Of a stretch of 64,000 nt of DNA, positions 12,917 through 25,282 are shown one piece after another (position 1 is the stretch's first letter; each line of letters opens with the position of its first letter). The DNA lies in the NCBI GenBank assembly GCA_045159875.1, contig CP067995.1, forward strand, positions 800,001 to 864,000, given 5' to 3'. This stretch comes from a cyanobacterium endosymbiont of Rhopalodia gibba (lineage in GTDB: Bacteria > Cyanobacteriota > Cyanobacteriia > Cyanobacteriales > Microcystaceae). The position numbers and the translations under genes are program-made. Under the pieces are notes generated by a model. It made no database searches and had not been told where the DNA came from. It was given only the letters and a program-made list of their open reading frames with translations.

Positions 12917-14602
12917 ATGTCAGATAATCTCAGAAGCCGTACCGTTACTCAAGGAAGTCAACGAACCCCAAACCGAGCCATGTTAAGGGCGGTAGGGTTT
13001 ACAGATGATGACTTTACTAAACCTATCGTGGGGTTGGCCAACGGCTATAGTACTATCACCCCCTGCAATATTGGCATTAATGACCTAGCAAAACGAGCCG
13101 AAACTGGGCTAAAAACAGCCGGGGCAATGCCTCAAATGTTTGGGACAATTACCGTTAGTGATGGTATCTCTATGGGAACTGAAGGGATGAAGTATTCTCT
13201 CGTTTCACGAGAAGTAATTGCTGATTCCATCGAAACCGCTTGTAATGCTCAAAGTATGGATGGGATTCTTGCTATTGGGGGTTGTGATAAAAATATGCCT
13301 GGGGCAATGATTGCTATCGCCCGGATGAATATTCCAGGTATTTTTGTTTATGGGGGCACGATTAAACCTGGTCACTATCAAGGGGAAGATTTAACCGTTG
13401 TTAGTGCTTTTGAAGCGGTAGGAGAATACAGTGCAGGTAAGATAGATGATAATAAATTATTAGCAATTGAGCGTAATGCCTGTCCTGGGGCAGGTTCGTG
13501 TGGAGGAATGTTTACAGCCAACACTATGTCATCGGCGTTTGAAGCAATGGGAATGAGTTTACCATATTCTTCGACGATGGCCGCTGAGGATATAGAAAAG
13601 GCAGATAATGCGGAAAAATCCGCTTTTTTTTTAGTAGATGCTATCCGTAATCAAATTCTGCCAAGTCAAATTTTAACCCGTAAAGCCTTTGAAAATGCCA
13701 TTACTGTGATTATGGCAGTAGGGGGCTCTACTAATGCGGTATTACATCTATTAGCCATTGCTAATACGATTGGAGTTGAATTGACTTTGGATGACTTTGA
13801 AACCATTCGAAAAAAGGTTCCCGTACTTTGTGATTTGAAACCGTCGGGACGCTACGTCACCATGAATTTACATCAAGCTGGAGGGATTCCTCAAGTGATG
13901 CGGATTTTATTAATTCACGGATTGTTACATGAGGATGCTTTGACAATTTCAGGACAAACCATTGCTGAAGTGTTAAAAGATATTCCTGATGAACCACCAG
14001 CTAATCAGGATGTCATTCGTTCTTGGAGTAAGCCTGTTTATACAGAAGGTCATTTAGCGATTCTCAAGGGGAACTTAGCGCTGGAAGGAGCTGTTGCTAA
14101 AATTAGTGGAGTTAAAAATCCCAAAATTACTGGGCCGGCAAAAGTTTTTGAATCGGAAGAGGACTGTTTGAATGCAATTTTAACAGGAAAAATTAAGGCA
14201 GGAGATATCATTATCGTTCGCTATGAAGGTCCTAAAGGAGGACCTGGAATGCGAGAAATGCTAGCCCCAACCTCAGCAATTATCGGTGCAGGGTTAGGGG
14301 ATTCAGTAGGCTTAATTACAGATGGTCGTTTCTCTGGGGGAACTTATGGATTAGTGGTTGGTCATGTAGCTCCAGAAGCTTTTGTTGGTGGAACTATTGC
14401 CTTAGTAGAAGAAGGAGATACTATTACGATTGATGCAGAACAACGATTATTGCAGTTAAATGTTTCCGAGGAGGAATTGGCCCAACGCCGTCGGAATTGG
14501 ACTGCGCCACAACTTCGTTATCAACGAGGAGTTTTAGGCAAGTATGCTAGGTTAGTTTCTTCAAGTAGTTTGGGGGCAGTTACAGATTCAGATTTGTTCT
14601 AA
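12917..14602 (+). CDS. ilvD: Dihydroxy-acid dehydratase
   Basis: [39 protein letters not shown]. Confidence 0.99.
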   Translation: MSDNLRSRTVTQGSQRTPNRAMLRAVGFTDDDFTKPIVGLANGYSTITPCNIGINDLAKRAETGLKTAGAMPQMFGTITVSDGISMGTEGMKYSLVSREVIADSIETACNAQSMDGILAIGGCDKNMPGAMIAIARMNIPGIFVYGGTIKPGHYQGEDLTVVSAFEAVGEYSAGKIDDNKLLAIERNACPGAGSCGGMFTANTMSSAFEAMGMSLPYSSTMAAEDIEKADNAEKSAFFLVDAIRNQILPSQILTRKAFENAITVIMAVGGSTNAVLHLLAIANTIGVELTLDDFETIRKKVPVLCDLKPSGRYVTMNLHQAGGIPQVMRILLIHGLLHEDALTISGQTIAEVLKDIPDEPPANQDVIRSWSKPVYTEGHLAILKGNLALEGAVAKISGVKNPKITGPAKVFESEEDCLNAILTGKIKAGDIIIVRYEGPKGGPGMREMLAPTSAIIGAGLGDSVGLITDGRFSGGTYGLVVGHVAPEAFVGGTIALVEEGDTITIDAEQRLLQLNVSEEELAQRRRNWTAPQLRYQRGVLGKYARLVSSSSLGAVTDSDLF

Positions 14603-15190
14603 ATTATAGGGGGGATAATGTTGCCTTACGGTTTTTTTCCATATATCATACTGATTAGTCAACAAGAGACTGTTTGTAAGCAAAGTATTAATTAGAATGC
14701 ATTGTTCTTGTTATGCAAGAAAATCTGAAGTTTTATTATGCTGTAATGCATAACATACGAGTATCTAAAGATTGACTTTACAAATAGTCTCAAAATGAGC
14801 GAGGAATTGTCTATCTTTACTCTGGCGATAGGTAAACTGTTTGAACTTTTAAAAATCAAATAAAAAAGTCGACAATAATTATATTTCTTGCAGATAATCC
14901 AGAAAATATACTTATTTTCTCTAGACAAAGAACAATTACAAGGTCTAATTATAAATTAGTCATTATTTTTGTGGTTAAGACTCTTCTAGTTAAAGAGAGG
15001 AAATCTGCTTATTATACTGAATTGGGAAGGGGGATTCTGGATTTGAGCTAAAATTTATCTAGGATAGTTTTAAAGTTAAATCCTAAGATAATTTTGATAT
15101 AAGTGTCCACAAAAACTATTAGATTGATTTAACTCTGTTTTTTTTTAATGGTTGATTTAGTAAAATCATAAAATTAGTTTATGATTAATT

Positions 15191-15429
15191 TTAATTAGAT
15201 TTGAGGGAGGAAATAGAAGCGGGATAATAAATCCACTTTTGGGTATCAGATGGTCGTTTAGCTTGAATTGCTTTTATAGCTAAAAGAGACTTAAGACAAG
15301 ACTGTACCATTGAAACAGGACGATTTAAGCGATTACTCAATTTTTTCACTGTAATTCCTTGAGGATGGGTTAGAATTAATTTTTGAATTTGCTGGGTGGT
15401 GTCTTTTAAACTTTATTTTTAAGAGACAC
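15191..15429 (-). pseudogene. Small winged-helix protein with apparent 1-nt frameshift near the start
   Basis: Open frame 15412->15191: SLKDTTQQIQKLILTHPQGITVKKLSNRLNRPVSMVQSCLKSLL...KWIYYP; GTG at 15429 is out of frame by one base. Confidence 0.6.
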
Positions 15430-15549
15430 AATAAATTACTTTAGTGTATTTTTTAAAAAATACTAAAAATTTCCTATAAGCAAACTTACTCAGTTTATAT
15501 TGATTGGACATACTACAAAGATAGTACTAACAAATATCGTATCGTATCG

Positions 15550-15588
15550 AAAAACAAAATACTACTAAAATAGTAGTATTTTGTTTTT
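15550..15588. repeat. Perfect inverted repeat, 18-bp arms, 3-nt loop
   Basis: aaaaacaaaatactacta-aaa-tagtagtattttgttttt. Confidence 0.88.
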
Positions 15589-15866
15589 AAAAAATTGGTT
15601 CAAAGAAGTTGACTCCGACTTGACATATAATTCACTCTCTCTAAGATAATTTTCATACGGAATAGACTTTTTATTAAATAACTCCTCTTTCTTGGAAACG
15701 GTAAATTGCTGTCTCAGAAAGTAGCGAGTTAGTAGTAAATGCGAAAAAACTACTCAGCTCTCACATCGACTACTAGTAATTATTCTCGTTGAGATGCAAT
15801 TAGGCAACATTTTTCTCTCAATCCCTCATAATAAAGATAAGTAATGTAAACTCTCTTAGAGAACCC

Positions 15867-17042
15867 ATGCGTGTAATCCTTATGACTGGTAAAGGAGGAG
15901 TCGGTAAAACCTCCGTTGCGGCCGCCACTGGACTGCGATGTGCAGAATTAGGCTATAAAACCCTAGTTTTAAGTACCGATCCCGCCCATTCCCTTGCCGA
16001 TAGTTTTGATTTAGAATTGGGGCACGATCCCTGTAAAATCTGTCCTAACCTTTGGGGAGCTGAATTGGATGCACTCATGGAGTTAGAAAGCAACTGGGGT
16101 GCAGTTAAACGCTACATCACCCAAGTGTTACAAGCAGGAGGACTTGATGGTGTCCAGGCTGAAGAATTGGCAATTTTACCTGGAATGGACGAAATTTTTG
16201 GGTTAGTGCGGATGAAACGCCACTATGATGAAGGGGAGTATGACGTCTTAATCATTGATTCAGCTCCTACAGGAACGGCTTTAAGGCTGTTAAGTATCCC
16301 TGAAGTAGGAGGATGGTATATGCGACGATTTTACAAGCCTTTGCAAGGAATGTCTGTTGTCTTAAGACCGTTGATAGAACCTTTATTTAAACCCATTGCA
16401 GGTTTTTCTTTACCTGATAAAGAAGTAATGGACGCACCTTATGAATTTTATGAACAAATTGAGGCATTAGAAAAGGTTTTAACCGATAATAGTAAAACCA
16501 CAGTCCGTTTAGTCACTAACCCCGAAAAAATGGTGATTAAGGAATCATTACGTGCTCATGCTTATTTAAGTTTATATAATGTGTCTACAGATTTAGTGAT
16601 AGCTAATCGCATCATTCCCGATACGGTGACGGATAGTTTCTTTCAAAGATGGAAAGAAAATCAACAGATTTACAGAGAAGAAATTCACAATAATTTTCAT
16701 CCTTTACCGGTAAAAGAAGTTCCACTTTATTCTGAGGAAATGTGTGGGTTAGAAGCCTTAGAAAGATTAAAACTAACCTTATATGAGAATGAAAATCCTA
16801 CTCAGGTTTACTACAAAGAAACTACACTTAAAGTAGTTCAAAATTTTGAAAACTACAGTTTAGAGTTATATTTACCAGGAATCCCCAAAGAACAAATTCA
16901 ACTAAATAAAACAGGGGATGAGTTAAATATTCGGATTGGCAATCATCGCCGAAATTTAGTTTTACCTCAAGCTTTAGCTACTTTAAAACCTTCAGGAGCA
17001 AAAATAGAAAACGATTATCTAAAAATTTGCTTCTCTGCCTAA
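15867..17042 (+). CDS. ArsA/GET3-family ATPase with C-terminal HSP20-like domain
   Basis: [24 protein letters not shown]-terminal ...[18 protein letters not shown]. Confidence 0.93.
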   Translation: MRVILMTGKGGVGKTSVAAATGLRCAELGYKTLVLSTDPAHSLADSFDLELGHDPCKICPNLWGAELDALMELESNWGAVKRYITQVLQAGGLDGVQAEELAILPGMDEIFGLVRMKRHYDEGEYDVLIIDSAPTGTALRLLSIPEVGGWYMRRFYKPLQGMSVVLRPLIEPLFKPIAGFSLPDKEVMDAPYEFYEQIEALEKVLTDNSKTTVRLVTNPEKMVIKESLRAHAYLSLYNVSTDLVIANRIIPDTVTDSFFQRWKENQQIYREEIHNNFHPLPVKEVPLYSEEMCGLEALERLKLTLYENENPTQVYYKETTLKVVQNFENYSLELYLPGIPKEQIQLNKTGDELNIRIGNHRRNLVLPQALATLKPSGAKIENDYLKICFSA

Positions 17043-17177
17043 AAAAAACTACATTTTAGCTATTCTTACTAAATTACCAGAAAAATAAAACAACAACCAA
17101 AGATATGAGTATAATCTTCTTCTTTGGTTTTTATCTTTCTGAAAATTTTTAGAATATACTGAACTGATGATATAGAG

Positions 17178-18250
17178 TTAACTAGTGAAATACCAAATCA
17201 AGAAACTTCGTAGTTTAAAATTAATGAAATTTTTAAACCCATAAACCCTACTTTTAGTCAAGTTCAATTTATTATTAATGTCTTCACTGTTCCTTAAGTT
17301 GTTCCTTCGTAAAAATAGACAATAGTTTCTTAACTCCAACGCCTAATCATTACACAACTTCTCAGCCTATGATAAATAGACTTTTTTACACACGTTAGGT
17401 AATTTAAATAGTTCCGAACCTAATTATTATTTTTATTAAAAATCTTCTAAATTTATCTTACGATAGTGAGTTGTTTATACAATTGGTTCAATCCTCTTCA
17501 TTTTTTCTAAAAGTGTTTACTATCCCTTGTTATTGACGATCTCCAAACAGCTGTAATGTGTTTTAGCTAAAATTAATAGAAAAACTTTTTTTACCTCCAT
17601 AAAATCGGCAATTAAACGAAAAATCACGTAACGTTCTTTTTTTTAAATTTATTATTTAATAAGCCTAAAATTAATTTTTAATTCTCCCTTTTTTAGATTT
17701 TATGTAGAGTTTTATTAGATTTAAGACAAGAGAAAATATTACGTTTTATTTAAACTTTGACTATTTTAAATAGATGTAATTTATTACCCTATCTTAATAA
17801 GATTGAGTCCTTAACTTACTGTAAAATTTTTCTAATCTTAATTCTTTTTCTTATTTCATATCAACTGATTTAGAAATCCTAAATTAGGAAGATTTAAATT
17901 TTTATCAAAAAGACTAATCTAACTCTTTAAAAAATCAGATTAGTCTCATATCTTTTATATAAATAGCTAAAAGCTTTAGTATTTTTATCAGTGTTAGACA
18001 CATATAAACCACTATTTCATCCAATACCATTAATCTCAATCGATCAAGAAATATTTTCTATATCAATGTCGTGGCTAATAGCATAACTATTAATTCGAAT
18101 AAACAAGTTATAATTCTTTGTCTGACTACCGTTATTTATAAACTCGTTGGGACTTTTAAAATGAGATGCAAACAGATACATTTCTCCACCAATAATGCTA
18201 CTAAATTTTTTAAAATTGCCTCAATTGATAAATTGAGCTAAAATACTAAC
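17178..18250 (-). mobile_element. Decayed ISL3-family transposase (5' limit approximate)
   Basis: Minus strand reads MIRRWS*ETIVYFYEGTT*GTV / EDINNKLNLTKSRVYGFKNFINFKLRSFLIWYFTS*, matching the ISL3 C-terminus pattern TIRRW..EI.AYF..RTT.G.VEGINNKLKLIKR..YGF.NF. Confidence 0.8.
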
Positions 18251-18340
18251 TTTAATAACTAAAATAACAATTATTTATATGGACGAAATAACTTAATTAT
18301 TCTTCTTCTCTTTTGAAGAGAACTTTTAAAAAATAAATTC

Positions 18341-18377
18341 AAAAACTGGGTCATTAAGAAATTCCTATAACCCAGTT
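18341..18377 (-). terminator. Probable terminator of cta operon
   Basis: aactgggt/acccagtt stem running into a T tract on the - strand, about 30 nt after the ctaE stop. Confidence 0.45.
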
Positions 18378-18408
18378 AATTAAAATAAATCTAAGATTGT
18401 CCTGAACT

Positions 18409-19005
18409 TTACAAAAGATAAACTAAGATAAAAAGTATAATCCAAACTACATCTACAAAGTGCCAGTAAAGTTCTGCTGCTTCAACCCCAAAATGGGACT
18501 CACTAGAGTAATGTCCTTCTTTATTTGAACGCCATAACACTGCTAAGATTAACAACAGACCAAAGGTAACATGAAGTCCGTGAAATCCAGTTAAAGCATA
18601 GAAACAACTAGCAAATAAATTAGTAGTTAATCCCATCTCTAGATGAAAGTATTCATACATCTGACCGATAAGGAAAATAATACCCATAACGGCTGTAATG
18701 CTAAACCAGAACTTTAACCCAGAAACGTTATTCTTCTTAATAGCAGCTTGACCCTTATGCATCACAAAACTACTAGCAACCAGAATTATTGTATTAACTC
18801 CAGGCAATAATAATTCCAATTCCGGTGTTCCCTCGGGAGGCCAAACAGGAATTATCGTGCGATAAATAATAAAGGCAGCGAATAGTCCCAAAAAGATAGA
18901 ACTTTCTGCTATTAGAAAAAGAGCAATTCCAAAAAAGCGATGGTCTGGATGACCACTGTGAAGGCTAACAGTTCCTTGTGACTGTTCAATTGCTGATCCT
19001 TGCAT
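18409..19005 (-). CDS. ctaE: Cytochrome c oxidase subunit III
   Basis: LTGFHGLHV, YWHFVDVVW; likely start MQGSAIEQ at 19005 rather than 19080. Confidence 0.96.
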   Translation of the reverse strand: MQGSAIEQSQGTVSLHSGHPDHRFFGIALFLIAESSIFLGLFAAFIIYRTIIPVWPPEGTPELELLLPGVNTIILVASSFVMHKGQAAIKKNNVSGLKFWFSITAVMGIIFLIGQMYEYFHLEMGLTTNLFASCFYALTGFHGLHVTFGLLLILAVLWRSNKEGHYSSESHFGVEAAELYWHFVDVVWIILFILVYLL

Positions 19006-19117
19006 GACTATTGTTTGATGAAATAATAGTGACAGAATAAATCTAAGACACAAATAACGAAAAGAATAGCGATCACGCATTGTACAGATTAACCGTGATC
19101 GCTTTTGTTCATGAGCA

Positions 19118-20785
19118 TTATCTCGATTGAGAACCGACTTCTGCTAACATGTCGTCGACAGTTTCCTCTCCATTGACAACTTCCGAATCTGTACCGTAGT
19201 CATAAGGACCTGCCCATAATACGGGTTCTTCTTCAAAGTTTTCAATGATGGGAGGAGAGGACGTTTGCCATTCTAGGGTATAAGCACGCCAGGGGTTACG
19301 AGCAGCTTTTTCGCCTTGATTCAAACTCCAAAGGATATTGATAACAAAAGGAAGACTAGAAACAGCTAGAATATAAGCCCCAATGGTGCAAATTAAATTG
19401 ATGGGTTCAAACTGTACGTCATAAAGGGCAATACGACGATTCATTCCCATTAATCCCAATTTGTGCATAGGTAAAAAGGTAATATTCAACCCAATGAACA
19501 GGAGAATAAAGTGCAATTTACCCAGAGGTTCATTAATCATCCGCCCCGTCATCTTAGGAAACCAATGATAAAATCCGGCAAACAGTCCCATGGCTGCCCC
19601 ACCGAAGAGGACGTAATGGAAATGTCCCACTACAAAATAGGTATCATGAACGTGGATATCAAAGGGAACGGAAGATAACATAACTCCCGTTAGTCCACCC
19701 ATGACGAAGGTTGCAATAAACCCCACTCCAAACAACATGGCAGTATTGAGGTTCAGTTTTCCCCCCCAAAGAGTTGCACACCAGCTAAAAATCTTAATCC
19801 CTGTGGGAATAGCGATCAGCATAGTAGCAGCCATAAAGAAGACCCGTAACCATCCTGGTGTTCCGCTGGTGAACATATGGTGCGCCCAAACAATTAACCC
19901 TAGGAAGCTAATGGCTAAACTAGAGTAGGCGATCGCTCGATAGCCAAAAATCGGTTTGCGAGAGTGGACGGGTAATACTTCAGAAATAACTCCAAAGAAA
20001 GGTAAGATCATGATATACACCGCCGGATGGGAGTAGAACCAGAACATATGCTGGTAAACAATTGGATCTCCTCCTCCTGTGGGGTTGAAGAAGGCAGTTC
20101 CGGCAATAAGATCAAAAGAGAGAAGTACTAATGCCGCAGCTAAAACAGGGGTAGAAAGTAGAATTAGGGCCGAGGTCGCTAACATAGACCAGCAAAATAG
20201 AGGCATGCTGTGGAGATCCATGTCCGGAATCCGCATTTTGAAGATGGTGGTAACAAAATTAATTGCCCCTAAAATTGAGGAGGTTCCCACCAATAAAACG
20301 CTTAAAATCCAAATTTCTTCTCCCCAAACCCCGCTAACTAAACTCAGGGGAGGGTAGGAAGTCCAACCAGCCTGGGGAGCTCCATTAGGAACAAAAAAGC
20401 TTGCTAGTAGGAGAATGCCCCCTGGAGGAGTCAACCAAAACGCTACCGCATTGAGGGTAGGAAAAGCCATATCTTCAGCCCCAATCATGAGGGGAATTAG
20501 ATAATTAGCAAAAGCGGCCCCAGCCGGAACAATCCACAAGAAGATCATGATGGTTCCGTGGATGGTCATAAATTGGTTATACAAGGCCGGGGTAACAAAA
20601 TCGGGGTCGGCGGTGGCTAATTCCGTACGAATGACTTCCGCAAAAGCCCCACCGATGAAGTAGAAAGCAAAAGAAGTAACGAGGTATTGGATGCCAATTA
20701 CCTTATGGTCGGTGCTGAAGGTAAAATAATCCGTCCACTTCCTTTCTTTATGTGCCGTATGATTTGATGCGACTACTGTTGTCAT
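19118..20785 (-). CDS. ctaD: Cytochrome c oxidase subunit I (A2 type)
   Basis: YSHPAVY, VWAHHMF, HDTYFVVGHFHY. Confidence 0.98.
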   Translation of the reverse strand: MTTVVASNHTAHKERKWTDYFTFSTDHKVIGIQYLVTSFAFYFIGGAFAEVIRTELATADPDFVTPALYNQFMTIHGTIMIFLWIVPAGAAFANYLIPLMIGAEDMAFPTLNAVAFWLTPPGGILLLASFFVPNGAPQAGWTSYPPLSLVSGVWGEEIWILSVLLVGTSSILGAINFVTTIFKMRIPDMDLHSMPLFCWSMLATSALILLSTPVLAAALVLLSFDLIAGTAFFNPTGGGDPIVYQHMFWFYSHPAVYIMILPFFGVISEVLPVHSRKPIFGYRAIAYSSLAISFLGLIVWAHHMFTSGTPGWLRVFFMAATMLIAIPTGIKIFSWCATLWGGKLNLNTAMLFGVGFIATFVMGGLTGVMLSSVPFDIHVHDTYFVVGHFHYVLFGGAAMGLFAGFYHWFPKMTGRMINEPLGKLHFILLFIGLNITFLPMHKLGLMGMNRRIALYDVQFEPINLICTIGAYILAVSSLPFVINILWSLNQGEKAARNPWRAYTLEWQTSSPPIIENFEEEPVLWAGPYDYGTDSEVVNGEETVDDMLAEVGSQSR

Positions 20786-20938
20786 AGGAAATTGAATGAT
20801 ACTTTACAATGACTTAGAGATGGAATAACCCAAGTTAAGGATGATGAGTTGTAAGGTATATGGCAATATGCATGCACTAGAGCCAAGAACAAGAAGTTAT
20901 TGTACTTAATGGTTTTCTTTGGTCTTCTGCCTGATCCT

Positions 20939-21874
20939 TTATGGATGGGGTACCCGAGCTAAGGTTTCCTTGTGGATGCCCATTTTATCAGCGTAGGGGC
21001 GAAGGAAATCTCCCCCAGAGAGATGTTGGGGACTAACTGCTACTGTTTCATCCAAGCTCGCTTTTTGAATAGGTTTATTAGTTTCTTCCCATTGAGCATA
21101 AGTTTCTTCATTTTCAACGTGGAGAACAGACTTCATCCCACCATGGTAAGCTCCACATAGTTCAGCGCAGATAATGGGATAGTCTCCTTCGCGATTTGAG
21201 GTAAATGCTAACATCGTATCTCGTCCAGGAATCGCATCTTGTTTAAGACGTAGTTGAGGAACCCAAAAGGCGTGGAGAACATCAGTTGCAGCAATGGTTA
21301 ATTGGACGGGGCGATTTTTCGGGAGATGAAGTTCTCCGGAAATGATTCCCGTCTCAGGATAAGTAAAAACCCAAGCATATTGCATTCCTTGAACTTTTAC
21401 CATGAGGGGAGTAGTTTTTCCGCTCTCATTGGCAGAGGTTCCAATTCCTAAGGCAACTTGCTTGTAATTACCATCCATCGCAATTTGCTGAGGTGGAGTG
21501 TCACCAGAAATTACGGGGTCAAGTCCCCCCATATTGTTGTAAACCTTAAAACTATAGACAGCAAGGATGAAAACGATAACGGTAGGAATGGCTGTCCAAA
21601 AAATTTCTAAAGGGACATTGCCTTCGATGGGCGGCCCGTCAGTTTGATCGTTGGGACGACGGCGAAATTTAATCAGACAAAACACAAGGGTCCCTTCCAC
21701 TAGTAAAAAGAGTCCGATGGCAATGCTCATCATAAAATTGAAAATGCCGTCTACTTGTGTGGCATCGTAAGAAGCAGCCACTGGCATAAGTCCGTGATTT
21801 TGACCATACCAGAGACTAATTAGAGTGATTACGACACCAACAATAAGAGTGATGATGTTACTGGGAATCTTCAC
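20939..21874 (-). CDS. ctaC: Cytochrome c oxidase subunit II
   Basis: CuA ligands DVLHAF and CAELCGAYHGGM. Confidence 0.97.
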   Translation of the reverse strand: MKIPSNIITLIVGVVITLISLWYGQNHGLMPVAASYDATQVDGIFNFMMSIAIGLFLLVEGTLVFCLIKFRRRPNDQTDGPPIEGNVPLEIFWTAIPTVIVFILAVYSFKVYNNMGGLDPVISGDTPPQQIAMDGNYKQVALGIGTSANESGKTTPLMVKVQGMQYAWVFTYPETGIISGELHLPKNRPVQLTIAATDVLHAFWVPQLRLKQDAIPGRDTMLAFTSNREGDYPIICAELCGAYHGGMKSVLHVENEETYAQWEETNKPIQKASLDETVAVSPQHLSGGDFLRPYADKMGIHKETLARVPHP

Positions 21875-22376
21875 GGTTGTTGATAAGGATATACAATTCG
21901 CTACTTAATCAACGGTAAAACATCCTTCCCAAAATAGTGGGTATCTTTATGAGATCTTCAACGAATCTTTTGTTTCTCTTTAGAATTAGATATCCTCAGA
22001 GTTTTAGTGAGTTATAAATTTTGGTTCAATACGAATCAAAAAATATGATCGAACTTCTTGTGTAAATAAGAAAATTTTAAAGATAAAGCTTGAATTAAAA
22101 TTAAAATTTTTTAAAAGTTATAAACACTCTATTAATAGTCCATTTAAACATATTTAATAATAAAAATCTTATGCTTAACATGATTTATTTATAATATTTA
22201 TCCCTATGTTTTAAATGCTTAACCTAGTTAAACTTTTAAAGTTATAAGATGTATATCTATTATCATAGATAATTCAGCTTTTATGGAGATAAAATGGTCT
22301 TTTTCTTAAAAAAATAGACTAAATTTTTACCCACTAAAATTAGACAATTGTGGGTAAATTACTGTTACATAGAGAA

Positions 22377-22416
22377 TAATAATTTCTATTTTTAAAAATA
22401 AAAATAGAAATTATTA
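22377..22416. repeat. Perfect inverted repeat, 18-bp arms, 4-nt loop
   Basis: taataatttctattttta-aaaa-taaaaatagaaattatta. Confidence 0.8.
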
Positions 22417-23449
22417 ATATTTAAATAGAATTGATTTAAAAAATAACTTATATGTTTTAAATCATATTAATTTTTAAGTTTAAAAAATTAAATTTTAGTA
22501 GTTAATTGAATATCATTGGTTTAGTAGAAGTAAATATATTAATATTTAGAGAAATTATTGTTATTATAAGTGTAGCTTTGTAACGAACTTCTGTCTATCT
22601 ACAGTTAGCGATTTCAAGTAATTAGTATTGGAAAATAAATAGGAAAACTTGACGTATTTATATGATGAAAGTAGCATATATTTCTGGATACGAAGTTGAG
22701 CAAGCTATCAAAGTTCTAATAAGTTTTCTTGACCACTTGATGATAATGGTTATCGCAGGAACGATCCGGATAATTCTAATATCTATATATTTTTTAATGT
22801 TTAAAACATTTGACGTATCCGCCTAAAAAGTATTATTGATTAATTGATCAATTGATAAGATTACTGGTTTGGTATTTCATCTCTTATCTATTCTGCTATG
22901 ATTGTTGAGTCACCAGATTACAAAACTATATTGATATAAGTATAGCGATGCTTAAATATTATCGTCCTACTTAAACAGCATTGTCCCTATTTAGATATAA
23001 TTTTCGATTTACGTCATTATGTAAATAATTTAACTCCTATCCCTTTACCAGTTTCAATGCATCAATAAAAGTTAATTAGGGTTTCCCACTGTTTAAGCTA
23101 TAGTCAGAACCATGAGTATTTATGTATCGTCCCCGTATTTTTTGATTTATTAAGTTTTTAGCTTAATAGTTTAATGACTCTTAGTAGCAACTACTATAAA
23201 TAGGTTAATATCTCCGTGTTAATAACATCTTTTCAGCTCTTCAGAGCTTCAGATCTTGAGAAAGAGAACTGATAACATTTATCTCTTATTTCTGTTTTCT
23301 AAAAAAATAAAAAAGACTAAAAAACAGATATTACATTAGTTTTATTCCCTTATATCATTAACTTTTATGTAATAGAAACAACATAAAAAGTACTAAAATG
23401 ATTTAAGGATAACCATTTACTTTTTTCTGATAAAATGCAAATATAATGA

Positions 23450-25282
23450 TCAATTATACTGAGATGGAGGGATTCCTTTCAGAAAAATTAACGCCTCAAT
23501 TACCTTTTTTGCAATAGGCGCGGCTACCGTTGAGCCATAAGTATCTACTCCTTGGGGTTCATCTACCACTGTCATAACCACATAGCGAGGATTATCTACC
23601 GGTAAAATCGCGACAAAACTTGTTATCTTCGCACTGGGCAAATACCCTCCCCTAGGATCCGCCTTTTGGGCTGTCCCTGTTTTTCCTCCAATCCGATAGC
23701 CTGAAATTTGAGATGCTTTCCCTGACCCACCAGTAACTACAGTTTCCATCATCTCTGCTACTTGCCGACTTACATGAGGTGACATAATCTGTGTCACTCT
23801 ATGCTTGGGTTTCCAGTGCATATAACCATCAACATCAACTAATCCACGAACTAGATGGGGAGTCACTAACTTTCCTCCATTAGCCAACGCCCCATGTAAT
23901 TGAACTAACTTGATAGGAGTTAAGGACAGACCTTGTCCAAAAGAGGCTGTAGCTACTTCGATTCCTCTTTTAGTAAAAATTTCCTCACTTTTGAGATAAC
24001 CACTCACTTCCCCTGGCAAATCAATTCCTGTTTTTTTATCAATTTGTAATTGTTGTAATCGTTGATAGTAATCTTTACGGCTTAATCTCCGCATCATATG
24101 AACCATAGCTACATTACTGGAAGTTTGTAGAATTTTAGCAATGTTAATCGCTCCATGTCCTATTCTAGTAGCATTGTAGATATTCCAACCATCCACCTGA
24201 ACCGCTCCAGAATCGTGAATTACCGTATTTGGCTGAATCACTCCTGCTGTGAGGGCTAAAGCAACATTAATTGGTTTAAAAGTAGAGCCTGGTTCATAAA
24301 GATCACTGACCGTCCAATTTTTGAATAGTTCTATCCTGGATTTATAGTATTTATTAGGATCAAAAGTTGGCTCACAAACTAAAGATATCAACGAGCCATC
24401 AGTGCTATCCATAATAATTACTGCTCCCCGTTTAGCATTAAATTTGTCCAATTGCTGTCGAAGAGCAACCCGTGCCGCTCTCTGGATCCGCATATCTAAG
24501 GTTAACTGCACTCGCAGATCATTTGATTTCAGCAAATCTTGCGGTAAAAAAGCAGGAACAATCTCCCCTAAGGCAGTACGACGCACGTATAAACTTAGTA
24601 AATTCCGTTCCAGTAGCTTTTCTTGACTGCGTTCAATTCCTGCTTGGCCATTGCGATCACTATCTACATAGCCAATTACCTCAGACACCATCTTTTCTTG
24701 AGGATAAAATCGAGTATAAGACTCGTTCAACTCCACCCCATCCAGACGCAACTTTTCAATTCTAGCCGCCTGGCTTTCTGTCAAACCACGAGCAATAGGA
24801 ATGCCCGTATCACGCCGTTTAAACCGCTCAACTAATTGTTGCGGGGTTTTATCTTCCAGGATAGGACTAAGTTGAGCAGCTACTTTTTCTTTAGTTATTT
24901 TAAATTGAATAGGATGGACATAAAGAATATGTGCGAGGCGATCAGTCGCCAAGACATTACCCTGACTGTCAATAATAGATCGTCGCGGAATATAAGGTCT
25001 TAAATTAACTGTTTGTTGTGATCGCGCTTTTTTTTGTAATTCTGGTGCTTGAACAATCTGTAATTGGTATAGTTTCACCCCTAAGCCAATCATTGCTCCT
25101 ATTAAGACTCCCCACACTAATAAGAGTCTCAACTGGGGTAGGGCAGTTCTTTTTTTAGAACTAGAAGCTGCCGGAGAACGTCGGAGCCTATAGCTAGACG
25201 AGGCTGATTTTCGAGGGAAACGATTTTTTCTGTCTTGATACTTAGAGCTAGATGAAAACCGCCTGAAGTTAGATCTACTCAT
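23450..25282 (-). CDS. ftsI: Class B penicillin-binding protein (FtsI)
   Basis: N-terminal TM; EPGSTFK (SxxK), SSN, KTGTAQK. Confidence 0.92.
   Translation of the reverse strand: MSRSNFRRFSSSSKYQDRKNRFPRKSASSSYRLRRSPAASSSKKRTALPQLRLLLVWGVLIGAMIGLGVKLYQLQIVQAPELQKKARSQQTVNLRPYIPRRSIIDSQGNVLATDRLAHILYVHPIQFKITKEKVAAQLSPILEDKTPQQLVERFKRRDTGIPIARGLTESQAARIEKLRLDGVELNESYTRFYPQEKMVSEVIGYVDSDRNGQAGIERSQEKLLERNLLSLYVRRTALGEIVPAFLPQDLLKSNDLRVQLTLDMRIQRAARVALRQQLDKFNAKRGAVIIMDSTDGSLISLVCEPTFDPNKYYKSRIELFKNWTVSDLYEPGSTFKPINVALALTAGVIQPNTVIHDSGAVQVDGWNIYNATRIGHGAINIAKILQTSSNVAMVHMMRRLSRKDYYQRLQQLQIDKKTGIDLPGEVSGYLKSEEIFTKRGIEVATASFGQGLSLTPIKLVQLHGALANGGKLVTPHLVRGLVDVDGYMHWKPKHRVTQIMSPHVSRQVAEMMETVVTGGSGKASQISGYRIGGKTGTAQKADPRGGYLPSAKITSFVAILPVDNPRYVVMTVVDEPQGVDTYGSTVAAPIAKKVIEALIFLKGIPPSQYN

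Noticed and set aside
19006..19080. N-terminal extension of ctaE in the ORF track (similar extensions for groEL and plmA)
   Set aside because: Runs through an intergenic hairpin; the downstream ATG fits the family N-terminus better
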